Source: the human T2T-CHM13v2.0 reference genome, Homo sapiens. Taken from it: a stretch of DNA of 64,000 nucleotides. A model generated the notes under the pieces. It searched no databases. It saw only the letters and a program-made list of their open reading frames with translations, and was not told where the DNA came from. Below are positions 19,932 to 32,760 of the stretch, piece by piece. The first letter of the stretch is position 1; each line of letters opens with the position of its first letter. Location of the stretch: assembly GCF_009914755.1 (NCBI RefSeq), contig NC_060927.1; one strand, written 5' to 3'. The position numbers and the translations under genes were made by a program.

Positions 19932-21722
19932 TTTTTGTGTTATCTTTAGGCTTTTCAAAATATAAGATCATATCATCTGCAAACAGAATAATTTGACTTC
20001 TTCCTTTCCAATTTGGATGCCCTTTATTTCTTTCTCCTGTCTGATTGCTCTAACTAGGACTTCCAGTACTGTGTTGAATAACAGTGGAGAAAGCGAGCAT
20101 CCTTATCGTGTTCCAGATCTTAGAGGAAAGGCTTTCAGCTTTTCCCTCTTCAGAATGATACTAGCTGAGGGTCTATCATATATGGCTTTTATTATGTTGA
20201 GGGATGTTCCTTCTATACACAATTTTTTGAGGGTTTTTATAATGAAGGGATGTTGAATTTCATCAAATGTTTCTTCAGCATCAGTTGAAATGATCATATG
20301 GCTTTTATCCTTCATTCTGTTGATATGATGTATTACATTGATTGATTTGTGTATATTGAACCATCCTTGCATCCCTGGGATGAGCTGCACTTGGTGATGA
20401 TGAATAATCTTTCTAATGTATTGTTGAATTTGATTTGCTATTATTTTGTTGAGGATTTTTGCATCAATGTTCATCAGAGATATTGGCTTGTAATTTCCTT
20501 TTCTTGATGTGTTTTTTTTTCTGGTTTTGGTACGAAGGTAATACTGGTCTCACAGAATGGGTTTAGAAGTGTTCCTTCCTCTTCTATTTTTTCAGAATAG
20601 CTTGAGTAGGATTGGTATTAGGTCTTCTTAAAATGTTTGGTAGAATTCAGCAGTGGAACCATCAGGTCCTGGGCTTTTCTTTCCTGGGAGACTTTTTATT
20701 ATGGCTTCTGCAAAGTTATCTTTGAAAGCTTACCTGTCTTATGTGTCTTGAACTGTCCTAGACCCAGAAATGGAATTGGCTATTTTTCCAAGAAGCTCTG
20801 GTTTGTTTTTGTGGAATGATAACATTATAAACGTTATTATGAGTAAAAAGCATACACAGTGTGTCCCATCTGCAATTCTATCATTAGTAAACTATTTAGT
20901 AGATAGTTCTAGAATATATATTTTTTCTCTTAAAGTCGTGAGTTTATATAAATATTTCTAATTCAGTTATGTTATTGTGTTCTTCCTTGTTTTCTATGAT
21001 TGTACTTCCATTTCTCTTATACTGAAAATCTTGATTTTTAACAAAAGAAACATTATGCTTATTTGTTTTACATAACAATAAAAATAAAATAGTTCTGAAA
21101 AAATAAAACAATTAGTACAAACAATGAGATGATAGGATGAAGTCCAAGGTTTTCTATTTTTTTTTTTCCTTTCTGTCCTTAGAATGCAGGCTACTATAGA
21201 TATATGGTCAACTTATTTTGGTCTAAAGTCACTTACTAGTCTTCATTTCTGTGTTCTATAGAAATGAGTATCTAATATATGATTGTTTCTATTTCTTTTT
21301 AATTTGAGGTTGGTAATATTCTTACAAATGACTGTTCTCAGGTTTTAGAAGCTTCTAGTCTTTCTTCAGAGGAGGGCTAAAGTCCCATAGAAGATAGGAG
21401 GGAAAAAAAGTCAGCTACTGAATCTCCACAATTCTTTGTGTTTCATTTAAGCACCAATTGATCCCTCATCAGTAACTAAATGAATGGCATATGTAAGATT
21501 TACATGCATGAGCTAGGCAAGCAAATTATACCTTCTACTATTCAATAATCTTAAAATATATCAATATTAATATTTAAGCTTCTGTGAAAAATATTTTTAA
21601 ATCTATAAAACAAAGATTACCTCACATATAAAGACAAAGCCTGTTACCAGTTATACTTATTTAAATTTCAGTGTCAGTGTTTCCTGCTAGGTTCAGATGC
21701 TTTCATTCAAATATAAGCAATC

Positions 21723-21905
21723 GGCCAGTATGGTGGCTCATGCCTATAATCCTAACACTTTAGGAGGCTGAGGCAGGAAGGAGGATCTCTTGAGCCCAGG
21801 AATTCCAGGCTGCAGTGAGTTATAATCAGGCCACTGCACTCCAGCTTTGGTGACACAGCAAGACTCTGTCTCTTAAAAACAATAATAAAATAAATAAATA
21901 AATAA
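21723..21905 (+). mobile_element. Free Alu monomer (FRAM/FAM-like)
   Basis: Single-arm Alu with an A-rich tail; TSD-like ATA(T/C)AAGCAAT. Confidence 0.8.
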
Positions 21906-24054
21906 ATATATATATACAAGCAATTACTTTATCCTCTGCCTTTTGCAATCTAGCCTTACTCTGAGGACACAGCTACTTCATGTTGACCTATTTCCAATTT
22001 CCAGCTATGGAGATCAAATGTCCTGGATACTGAGCCCCAGATATTGATATTGAGTGGGCCCCCCTAAGGTTTTTGGGGTGTTAGAGATAGTGCCTTGAGG
22101 ACTCAATCTTATTATGAGGCAACATGATTGATGGGATCCTGGCATCTTCTGGGATAGTGAATGGGGAGGTTCATGAGGATTCAGCGCAGGGAGTTTTAGG
22201 GGATTTCATGGGCAGAAGAGGAGGGAAGCCTAATTGACTAGGGAATTTATGCCCCTGTCAAAGGAGTGTGGTAGGGAGAGACATCAAAGGGTATCTTGAG
22301 GTCATTTTCCAGAGAGGTTTTACAGGTAATTAAGGAGGCTTCTTAAGACTTTTTTTCTTAAAGTTCTCAATGAGGTCTTGAGTATTTGGTAGTAAGCCTC
22401 ATCTCTATCTCTCTCAACTACACACACAGGCAACACACACAGACACACCCACACACACACACACCCATAAATTCATCTAGGCAAGAAGAGCATTTTCCAT
22501 TATTTTCCTTAGATATTTCAAGGTCAGTGAAAAGAAAACTACAGTTTGAGGTCATCTGTGCCTTTGGTATTCCAAACTCTAAAATAGTTCACAAATTGTT
22601 AGCCGCACTGCCTACATTGGCTGCAGGGTGAATCCATTAGCCATGGAGACTGACACACTGCAAGGGGCTGGATTTATGCATTCCCTCTTCTCCTCTTGCT
22701 GTAAGTAAACAATGTACCAGTTGAGCTTGATATGCATATTGTCTGTTCTCAGAGACCTCAAGTCATGCACTGGTCCTTCCCTGGACAGCATTTATTTGAC
22801 TTTTAACCTTGGCCACATTCATGTTATAGTTTACCCTGCACACAGCCTGACCATCCAGTGGAGGGTGAAACAGATTTGGTACAGTGAGCAGGGTCTCTGA
22901 GAAGACACCTTTTCATGGCATAGTGGAAGTGAGACCCCATCCAGGGTGGTGCTGGCTCCTGGAGATATTGAAGGTGATAAAGCTCTCAATAAGGCCTAGA
23001 TACATTTTGATCTGCCAACAGAGGTAAATGGGATAGTGAGAATAGCCCTGAGAACCTTGATGAATTAACTAGAGGGATGTGGGCAAAAATTAAGGAGGTG
23101 GGAAAGTCCAAAACCAAACAATCTCCTGGTTACTGAGTCGCTGCCTTTGTGCTGCCAGCCTGGGGCCACCTTGGTCTAAACCACCCCCTGACCAGTTACC
23201 CCCAGTCTTTACCTAGCAGTACATTAATGACAGCATTGCCAATGTTGCCCAAGTTAAAATAAGAAGTTTCTCTGAGATTGAGCTGGATAAGAAGAAACAG
23301 CAATATGACCAAAAGCCCAGCGAATTCATACCTTCCTGGACTCTGCACTTGATTGATGAGGGAGCAACCCAGACTCTCTTCTCCTGTAATGAGTGAAGCC
23401 TGGACCAGATGAGAGAGGATGGGATTAATTGTTATAATGGATCTTTGCCCACATTGAATAGGCCAACTCCTCAGGATTGGACAGGTGACAAACCAATCTG
23501 GTGACAAACCAATCTGCTTGAAACCTGGTGATCTTCCTAAATTGAAACAATTCTAGAAAGACTTTCAAGCACCCTTTGACTTGGTGAGAGCCCCAGGAGC
23601 CTCCTCTATGGCTCTATCAATCCAGAAGGGGATTTAGATGATGTACCACTGCTTGACAGCAAATACACGACTTAATAAAATGGGGGCATCCAACAGGTGG
23701 GCTCCATTAACCCTCTTAGTCTCCCTAGGAATGACTACGGGGGACATCGTTGGAAAACTGTACCATAATGTGCCCATGTGGGGCGCTGCCAAAAACACAG
23801 CCACAGTGGTGAGTGGTGGCTACTCCCTCATCACATAGCAAATGGAGCTCCAAACCACCATCAGGAGCCCACTAAAAGATAAAAGGAGCCACAGAAAAGG
23901 AAGGCCTCAGGCTGCCCTGGACCCAAGGGAAGAGTCGTGTGGCTATGGCTGTTAAGCATGGTGGCTGCTTAAGCATGGTGGCTAAGGAAGAGACAGATGG
24001 GATCCCTATTGAACAACTGAGGGATCAGTATGAGCTGAGGGAGGAAACTGAAAT

Positions 24055-24248
24055 CTTTTGTTTTTATTTTAAATTTTTATTTTATTTTTTTCTCTTTTTC
24101 TTTGTTTTTTATATTTTTTTATTTTAATTGTTGTGGGTACATAGTAGGCGTACATATTTATGGGGTATGTGGGATGTTTTGATATAGGCATGCAATGCAT
24201 AATAATCTCATCATGAAAGATGTGGTACCCATCCCCTCAAGCATTTAT
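24055..24248 (-). mobile_element. Short L1MA 3' end fragment
   Basis: T-rich tail followed by 'gggtacatagtaggcgtacatatttatggggta...atcccctcaagcattta'. Confidence 0.85.
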
Positions 24249-24284
24249 GGATCTTGAGACTTTTTTGAAGGTTATCACGTTCCT

Positions 24285-25044
24285 CTTTTTTTCTTCTTCA
24301 ACTTTTATTTTAAGTTCAGGGGTACATGTGCAGGATGTGCAGGTTTGTCACATAGGTAAACGTGTGCCATGGTGGTTTGCCGCACAGATCGACCCATTAT
24401 CTAGGTATTAAGCCCAGCATCCATTAGCTATTCTCCCTGATGCCCTCCCTTCCCTACCCCGACAGGCCCCATTGTGTGTTGTTCCCTGCCATGTGTCCAT
24501 GTATTCACATTGTTCAGCTCCTACTTATAAGTGAGTACAGGTGGTGTTTGGCTTTCTGTTCCTGCATTAGTTTGCTGAGAATAACGGTTTCCAGCTCCAT
24601 TCATGTCCCTGCAAAGGACATGATCCTATTCCTTTTTATGGCTGCATAGTATTCCATGATGTATATGCACCATAGTTTCTTTAACTAGTCTATCATTGAT
24701 GGGCATTTGTGTTGAATCTATGTCTTTGCTATTGTGAATAGTGTTGCAATAAACATACATGTGCATATATCTTTATAATATTAATAGAATTATTTATATT
24801 CCTTTGGGTATATACCCAATAATGGGATTGCTGGGTCAAATGGTATTTTTGCCTCTAGATCTTTGAAGAATCACCACATTTTTCAAAATGGTTGAACGAA
24901 TTTACACTCCTACCAACAGTGTAAAAGCATTCCTTTTTCTCTGCAACCTTGCCAAATCTGTTGTTTCTTGATTTTTTAATAATCGCCATTCTGACTGGCA
25001 TGAGATGGTATTTCATTGTCATTTTGCTTTGCATTTCTGTAATG
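24285..25044 (-). mobile_element. L1PA 3' fragment (5'-truncated)
   Basis: 'aacttttattttaagttcaggggtacatgtgcaggatgtgcagg' L1PA 3' UTR plus the ORF2 C-terminus. Confidence 0.9.
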
Positions 25045-25055
25045 AATCCTGAGAT

Positions 25056-25505
25056 TTTTTTTTTTTTGAGACGGAGTCTCGCTCTGTCACCCAGGCTGGA
25101 GTGCAGTGGCACAATCTTGGCTCACTGCAAGCTCTGCCTCCTGGGTTCATGCCATTCTCCTGCCTCAGCCTCCTGAGTTGCTAGGGCTACAGATGCCTGC
25201 CACCACGCCTGGCTAATTTTTTGTATTTTTATTAAAGACAGGGTTTCACCGTGTTAGCCAGGATGGTCTCGATCTCCTGACCTCGTGATCCGCCCGCCTC
25301 GGCCTGAAGTGGGAGCTGAACAATGCGAACACATGGACACATGGCAGGGAACAACACACACTGGGGCCTGTCAGGGGATGGGGAAGGGAGGGCATCAGGG
25401 AGAATAGCTAATGGATGCTGGGCTTAATACCTAGGTGATGGGTTGATCTGTGCAGCAGATCCCAAAGTTCTGGGATTACAGGCATGAGCCACTAGCGCCC
25501 AGCCC
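25056..25505 (-). mobile_element. AluY interrupted by a 155-bp L1 insert (25306-25460)
   Basis: TSD AATCCTGAGAT (25045-25055 / 25507-25517); the Alu is broken between GGCCT and CCCAAAG. Confidence 0.92.
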
Positions 25506-26295
25506 AAATCCTGAGATCTTAATGTTAAACGATTGGTTCAAGCAATTGAACCGCAAGAGGAATGCTTGTTAGACTGAGTTGATTTTGCTGACTGGTTCTC
25601 TGCCCTGAATGTTCCCACCAACACTTGAAGGGTTCAAAACAGCAGAGGCATTGGTGGGTGCCAGAGAGAAACTACTTGAAAAGGAACCACTTCCACCATT
25701 ATATCCTGAGCTAACATCTTTGGAGAAGACAGACTAAAGATGGGGCCAAGATTTGGGGCCACCAGTGGGAACTGAACGCCTGTGCCCTAGTTTGAGAGGC
25801 AGGGGAAAAGGGTACTACACAAACTATTATGAGTCTCTTGAACACTGGGGACACTGGGGTCACTGTCATTTCCAGTTGTGGGCAAGAATGACAGGTGACA
25901 CTGCGAGATTCAAAACTAACACTGTCACATGGAAAGTTGCCATGCACTTAATTGTGGATTCCTCTAGCACCTTTACCATGGCCAGGGATTGTAGTTCCCA
26001 CTGCTAAATGTACAATACTTATATAAAGTTTGGCCTCCTGTACACAAGGCACCCATCGTGATTCTGGGGTTGCACCCCACCAAATGGTTTCATTTGGATG
26101 AGCGTCATGGGATACGTCCTGTTCATGTGTTGTTTTCCTGACCTTCTCCACATCTTCCTCTAGTTCTCTGAGCATCTTTAAGACCGTTGTTTTTATGTCT
26201 GGTAGATTCACCAGCCATCAGGTCTTTTCAAGGAAGTTTCTGTTGATTTCTTTTTTTCCTTTGAATGGTCCATGCTTTACTGCTTCTTTGTATAC

Positions 26296-26662
26296 TGATA
26301 CAGTTTGGCTCTGTGTCTCCACCCAAATCTCATCTTGTAGCTCCCATAATTCCCATGTGTTATGAGAGGGACCCGATGGGAGATGACTGAATCAACAGGG
26401 GTGGGTCTTTCCTGTGCTGTTCTTTTGACAGTGAATGGGACTCACAAGATCTCATGGTTTTAAAAACGGGAGTTTCCCTGCACAAGTTATTTTTTTGCCT
26501 GCTGCCTTCCACGTAAGATGTGACTTGCTCCACCTTGCCTTCCGCCATGATCGTAAGGCCTCCCCAGCCATTTGGAACTGTAAGTCTAAGAAGCCTCTTT
26601 CTTTCGTAAATTGCTGAATCTCAGGTATGTCTTTATCAACAGCATGAAAATGGACCAATACA
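26296..26662 (+). mobile_element. THE1 (A/B-like) solo LTR
   Basis: TGATACAGTTTGGCTCTGTGTC...CCAATACA; TSD TATAC. Confidence 0.92.
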
Positions 26663-27267
26663 TATACCTTGTGATTTTTTTGTTCAAAACTGAACATTTG
26701 GGTCTAGTAATGTGATAACTTTAAAAATCAGATTCTCTCCCTTCCCAGGACTTGCCGAGTTTTGTTTTGGGGTTGGTTTTTGTGGGGTGGTTGTAGGCTA
26801 TCTGTGTGCTGAGCATTAGCCTGAGGTGCAAACGTAAGGTCTTCTCAAGTGTTTTCTGAGTCTGTACCCCTTTCCCCGGGTTTATGTGGTGACTTAATTT
26901 CAAATGTCCTAGTCCTTAATGTCTGACCCTCCAGAAAAGAAAGGAGAAAAATGAAAGTGGGGAAAAAGCACTTGCCTTTCAAATTTCCTGGAAGTCACTA
27001 GAGGGTGGGGGAAGTGGGGTCGGTGGGGGAGGGGGGCAACAATAAGAGAACATGCAACAGTGGTTTCCTTTTTCTGTACTTCTATGTTTAGAAGCAACAA
27101 TTTAGAGCACAGATCCCCAATAATTAGAGTACAGCATTCCTTTGTCCACACTGGGCAAAGCTATGTGTAAGCTACTCCAGGATCATCTGCACAGCTGCCT
27201 GCCAAGCCGCTGAGGGTAAGGGATGGCTACAGCTGACAATGACTGAAACTAACTGCAATTTACAACC

Positions 27268-29524
27268 TGATATTGTTTGGCTCTGTGTCCCCAGACAAAT
27301 CGAATCTTGAATTATAATCCCTATTTGTGTTGAGGGAGGAACATGTAATTCCCACATGTCAAGGGAGGGAGGTGAATGGATCATGGGGGTGGTTTCCCCC
27401 ATGCTGTTCTCATGATAGTGAGTGAGTTCTTATGACATCTGCTGGTTTTAAAAGTGGCAGTTTTTTCCTGTGTGCTCTCTCTCCTGCTTCCTTGTGAAGA
27501 AGGTGGCTGTTTCCCCTTCTGCCATAATTGTAAGCTTCCTGAGGCCTCCCCAGCCATGTGGAACAGTGATTCAATTAAACCCCTTTCCTTTATACATTAC
27601 CCAGTCTCAGGTACTTCTTTATAGCAGTGTGAAAACAGACTAATACAGTTAATTGGTACCAAGGTAGTGGGGTACTGCTACAAAAATACAAAAAAATGTG
27701 GAAGCAACTTTGGAACTGGGTAATGGTTAGAGATTGGAACAATTTGGAGGGCTCAGAAGAAGACAGGAAGATGTGGGAAAGTTTGGAACTTCCTAGAGAC
27801 TTGTTGAATGGTTTTGACCAAAATGCTGATAATGATATGGATGGACAATGAAGTCCAGGCTGAGGTGGTCTCAGATGGAGATTAATAACTTATTGAGAAA
27901 TGGAGAAAAGTCACTCTTGCTATGCTTTAGCAAAGAGACTGGTGACATTTTGCCCCTGCCCTAGATTTCTGTGGAACTTTGAACTTGAGAGAGATGACCT
28001 GAAATTGGAACTTACGTTTAAAAGGGAAGCAGAGCATAAAAGTTTGGAAAAATTGCAGCCTGACCATGCAGTAGAAAAGAAAAACCCATTTTCTGGGGAG
28101 AAATTCAAACTGGCTGCAAAAATTAGCATAAGTAATGAGGATCCCAATGTTAATCACAAAGACAATGGGGAAAATATCTCCAGAGCCTGTCAGAGATCTT
28201 GGCGGCAGCTCCTCCCATCACAGGCCTGGAGGCCTAGGAGGTTAAAAATGATTTCTTGGGCCAGGCCCAGGCCCCCACTGCTGTGTGCAGCTTTGGGACT
28301 TGGTATGATGCATCCCAGCCACTTTAGCTCCAGCCATAGCTAAAAGGAGCCAATGTACAGCTCAGGCTGTGGCTTCAGAGGGTACAAGCCCCAGACCTTG
28401 GCAGCTTCCCTGTAGTGTTAGGCCTGTGGGTACATGGTAGTCAAGAATTGAGGTTTGGGAATGTCTGCCTAGATTTCAAAGGAGGTATAAAAATGCCTGG
28501 ATGGCCAGGCAGAGGTCTGCTACAGGGGCAGAGCCCTCATGGAAAACCTCTGCTAGGGCAGTGTGGAAGGGAAATATGGGGTAGGAGCCCCCACACAGAG
28601 TCCCCACTGGGGCACTGCCTTAGGGGAGCTGTGAGAAGAGGGTCACTGTTCTCCAGACCCAAGAATGGTAGATTCACCTCCTTCTTGCACCGTGCACCTA
28701 AAAAAGCCATAGGCACTCAATGCCAGCCTGTGAAGAAGCTACTCAAGGCCATGGGAGCCCACTCTTTGCATCAGTGTGTCCTGGGTGTGAGACATGGAGT
28801 CAAAAAAGATCATTTTGGAGCTTTAAGATTTAAGGACTGCCTTGCTGGATTTCAGACTTGCATGGGGCCTGTCGCCCCTTTGTTTTGGTTAATTTCTCCC
28901 ATTTGGAATGGGAGCATTTACCCAAGGCCTGTCCTCCCATTGTATTTAGGAAGTAACTAACTTGCTTTCAATTTTACAGGCTTATAGGTGGAAGAGACTT
29001 GCCTTGTCTCAGATGAGACTTTGGACTGTGGACTTTTGAGTTAATGCTGAAATGAGTTAAGACTTTGAGGGACTGTTGGGAAGGCATGATCGGTTTTGAA
29101 ATGTGAAAAGACATGAGATTTGGGAGGGGCCAGAGGTGGAATGATATGGTTTGGCTCTGTGTCCCCACCAAATCTCATCTCAAACTGTAATCCCCACACC
29201 TCGAGGGAAGCACCTGTAATCATCACATGTCAAGGGAGGGAGGTGATTGGATCATGGGGGCAGTTTCTCCCATGCTGTTCTCATGATAGTGAGTTCTCGC
29301 AAGATCTGATGGTTTTATAAGTGTTTGGAAGTTTTTCCTTCACTCTTCTCTCTCTTGCCACCATGTGAAGAAGGTCCTCGCTTCCCCTTTGTCTTCTACC
29401 ATGATTATAAGTTTCCTGAGGCCTCCCCACCCATGTGGAATTGTGTGTCAATTAAACCTCTTTCCTTCATAAATCATCCAGTCTCAGGTATTTCTTCATA
29501 ACAGCGTAAGAACAAACTAATACA
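27268..29524 (+). mobile_element. Complete THE1D MaLR provirus (5'LTR 27268-27647, internal 27648-29141, 3'LTR 29142-29524)
   Basis: Two TG...CA LTRs, internal start 'gttaattggtacc', purine-rich tract before the 3'LTR, 5-bp TSD CAACC on both sides; internal ORF broken (27900-28343, 28415-28960). Confidence 0.93.
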
Positions 29525-30779
29525 CAACCTAAGCCTTCCTCTGGAAATTGTGAACCTTAGATTACTCCAGAGTTCCAAGATAGTTAAGTCATATTCTGCC
29601 ACTGCATTAGTTGGGTAGGTCAGGAGAGAGATTCCTGGTTCTTCCTACTCTGCCATTTTCCCAGAATCTGCTTATTGTCTCTCTTATTCTGTTGGGCCTG
29701 CTGTAACAAAATACTATAAACTGTGTAGCTAACAAATAACAGAAATTCACAAATTTGTATTATTGCAAATAAGTGAAAATTACCTTGCAACCACATACCA
29801 TACTTATCTGAAGAACTTAAAAACTCTCTCAAGTATAGAAATGCAATACATTACAACAATCTTCTTCCACTTTGAGTTACTTCTCATAATGAAACCACAG
29901 AGAAACAAAAGTGGCGCCTTAAAAGAAACTGTGAAAAGAAACTTTAAGCTTCTGTTTGTTCCTGGAATAGATTTGAATCAAATTTAGGAAGGAAGCTCTT
30001 CCTCTTGAAAATTAACTGCATGAAAACAAATCAGAAGAAACAAAAGTCAGTTATATAATGTTGGCAGACAAGGAATTTAACCATGGAGAGGACAGTCATG
30101 TAGTTCATTTTATGTTATACTAAAATGATACTTTTTTCCAAAGTAGGGTAAAGATTTTCAAAGTTACATTCAATTTGTGACATATTGACTTCCTTTCAAA
30201 AATTGCCTTATGAATTACCATATGAAATTTTTCCAGAATCTTTGAGGGACTTAACCTAAGATTTTCCCCTCAGTATACAACAGTGACTAGATTTTTTCTG
30301 CCTGTACAGCACTTCAACTACATGGAACAGGTTAAGTCTTGTTTGATAATTCGATTCGTAAAGGTACAAAATGATCATGAACATGCCTGATCACCATATC
30401 TGAAACTCACCCTAATCCTGTAAAATGAATACTACTTTCCTTCCTATTTCAGCCTCATCCCAAGCAAAAGAAAAAAAATTTTGAGGCACTACTTACTTTT
30501 TATTATGCATAAAAATTTACACAGAATTATACATGTGACAAATGTAAAACAGCATGCATTCACCAATATAATATCGGAATAATTTCACTTCCCTAAATAT
30601 CCTCCATGTTCTGCCTATTTATCCGTCCCTCCCCTCTAGCCCCTGGCATGTATTATAATAAATGTTTGCTTACTACCAGATCATCTCAGGGAGCACCAGT
30701 GACATGCAAATATAATTTTGGAAACAATGGACTAAAGTTGTTTAAGCCATGCACAAGTGGCTGCAGTTTATCAATCGAG

Positions 30780-31110
30780 GTAGCAGCTTGAATTTTTCTG
30801 AGAAAGAAGATTATTGTTTCTAAGTATAGCTTAAGTGGCAGAATGTGAGTCTAGAGATGCTGATACCCATATGTTACCACATGGAGAGAGGTCTCATAAG
30901 AATGAGGTCAACATGGAGGTGGGAGATGGAGTGGAAGACTGAGAGACAGAGAGAGAGAGGAGATTGATTTCTGACTGCATCTTTTAAGTACTTGGATTTA
31001 ATTATGCCTGAATGCAGCCTTATCTTAGTCCCTAGACTTTTTAGTTACATAAACTGATACATTCTCACATTCAATTGAGCCAGTTTGAGTTAGGTTTCTG
31101 AATGACTCAA
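30780..31110 (+). mobile_element. Old MaLR LTR fragment (MLT1J/K/L-like)
   Basis: 'ttaccacatggagagag...atgcctgaa...cctagactttttagttacat...gccagtttgagttaggtttctg'. Confidence 0.6.
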
Positions 31111-31294
31111 GAAGTCTTTATTCTAGAAGTTAGTCTATGGAAATGAAGTTTTACATGGGACAAACCCTAAATTGGATTTGTACAAGACAAGATGTATCAC
31201 AGGAGGGTGGAAATCTTCCTATCCTGGCTGAGAAGGGAAGATCCTTGATAGGTGATAGCAAACAGTCAACTAAACTGTCACCTCTTGTTGTTGT

Positions 31295-32760
31295 TGTTTA
31301 GTAGACCTTATTTTTTAGGTTCATTTTTAGATGCACAGAAAAATTGATCAGGAAATAGAGTGCCCATATATTCCCTGCCCCTACAACTGCTTAGCCTCTC
31401 CCACTATCAACATTCCACACCAGAGTGGCACATTTGTTATAATGAATCATTATCACCCAAGGTCCATAGTTTGCATTAGGCTTCACTCTTGGTGTTGGTC
31501 ATCTTATGGATTTTGATAAATATCTAATGACATGTATCCACCATTGTAGTATCATACAAAATAGTTCCGATGCACTAAATATCCCCTGTGCTTCACCTAT
31601 TTATCTCTGTCTCCCCACTAACTCCTGGAAACTACTCATCTTTTTACTGTTTCCCTAGTTTTGCCTTTTCCGGAATGGCATATAGTTGGAATCATATAGT
31701 ATGTAGCCTTTTCAGATTGGCTTCTTTCACTTGGCAATATGCACTTAAATTTCCTCCGTGTCTTTACATGGCTTGATAGCTCATTTGGTTTTAGTGCTGA
31801 ATAATATTCAATTGTCTGGATGTACCACACTTTTTTTACCCTCTCGTCCACTGAAGAAAATCTTGGTTGCTTCCAAGTTTTCACAGTTATGAATAAGGCT
31901 GCTGTAAACATCCATATGCAACTTTTTGTGTGGACATGAGTTTTCAAGTCCTTTGGGCAAATTCCAAGGATATGATTGCTGACTCACATAGTAAGAACAT
32001 GTTTAGACTTATAAGAAACTGCCAAATTGTCTCTCTTAGTCTGTTTGGGCTGCTATAACAAAATACTATAAACTGGGTAGCTAACAAATACCAAAATAAC
32101 AGAAATTTATTTCTCACAGTTCTGGAGGCTGAGAAGTCTAAGATCAAAGCAGTGGCAGATTTGGTATTGGGTGAGAGCCTGCTCTCTGGTTCATAGATGG
32201 TGTCTTCTGGCTGTGTCCTAATATGGCAGAAAGAACTTGCTAGCTCTTGGGTCTTCTTTTTTTTTTTTTACAAGGCTGCTAATTCCATTCATGAGGGCCC
32301 TGCTCTCATGATCTATTCACTCCCAAAGATCCCACTCCCTACCATCATCATGGGGGATAGGATTTCAACATATGAATTTTAGGGAGACGTGAGCATTCCC
32401 TCTATCATACTGTCTTTCAAAATGTCTGTACGATTTTGACTTCCCACCAACATTGCTCCACAATCTTGTCAGCATTTGGTGTCATTAGTGTTTTGGATAT
32501 GGGCCATTCTAACAGGCATGCAGTAGCATCTCATTGCTGTTTTAGCTTGCAATTCCTTAATGACATATGGTGTTGAATATCTCTTCATATGCATGTTTGA
32601 CATTGGGATATCTTATTTGATGAGGTATCTGTTGAGGTCTTTTGCCTATTTTATTTAGTTATTTGTTTCCTTATTTTTGAGTTTTAAGAGTTCTTTGTAA
32701 ATTTCAGATAACAGTTCTTTATCAAATATGTCCTTTGCAGGTATTTTTCCCAGCTTGTTT
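31295..32760 (-). mobile_element. L1MC/L1MD 3' region
   Basis: ORF2 C-terminal remnant (KTHVHTKSCIWMFTAALF...WYIQTIEYYSA) and L1MC-type 3' UTR. Confidence 0.8.
32032..32409 (-). mobile_element. MaLR LTR (MLT1A0/MSTD-like) nested in L1
   Basis: 'gggctgctataacaaaata...aacagaaatttatttctcacagttctggaggctg'; TSD (T/C)TGTC. Confidence 0.85.

Larger units (their letters stand above)
22600..26110 (+). mobile_element. Highly decayed ERVL-class gag-pro remnant, interrupted by L1/Alu (24055-25517)
   Basis: Gag-like 'KHG..KEETDGIPIEQLRDQY' (~23940-24030); protease-like GEKGTTQTIMSLLNTG (25803-25849; compare the ERVL LLDTG motif). Boundaries uncertain. Confidence 0.5.
26115..29665 (-). mobile_element. 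Old L1M 5' region/ORF1 start, hosting THE1 insertions
   Basis: ORF1-like 'LPDIKTTVLKMLRELEEDVEKVRK' (ORF 25948-26211); the 5' end reads 'ctactctgccattttc'. Confidence 0.6.

Noticed and set aside
20103-20474. Reverse-transcriptase-like ORF (and EN-like ORFs at 37390-38053)
   Set aside because: Short fragments of dead L1 ORF2 with surrounding stops and frameshifts; not an intact or novel RT system.
27900-28960. 147-aa and 181-aa ORFs
   Set aside because: Broken pieces and alternative frames of the THE1D internal region; no sign of domestication.
30480-30650. L1 3' fragment resembling 31510-31630
   Set aside because: Too diverged to claim local duplication; could be an independent old L1MC/MD fragment.
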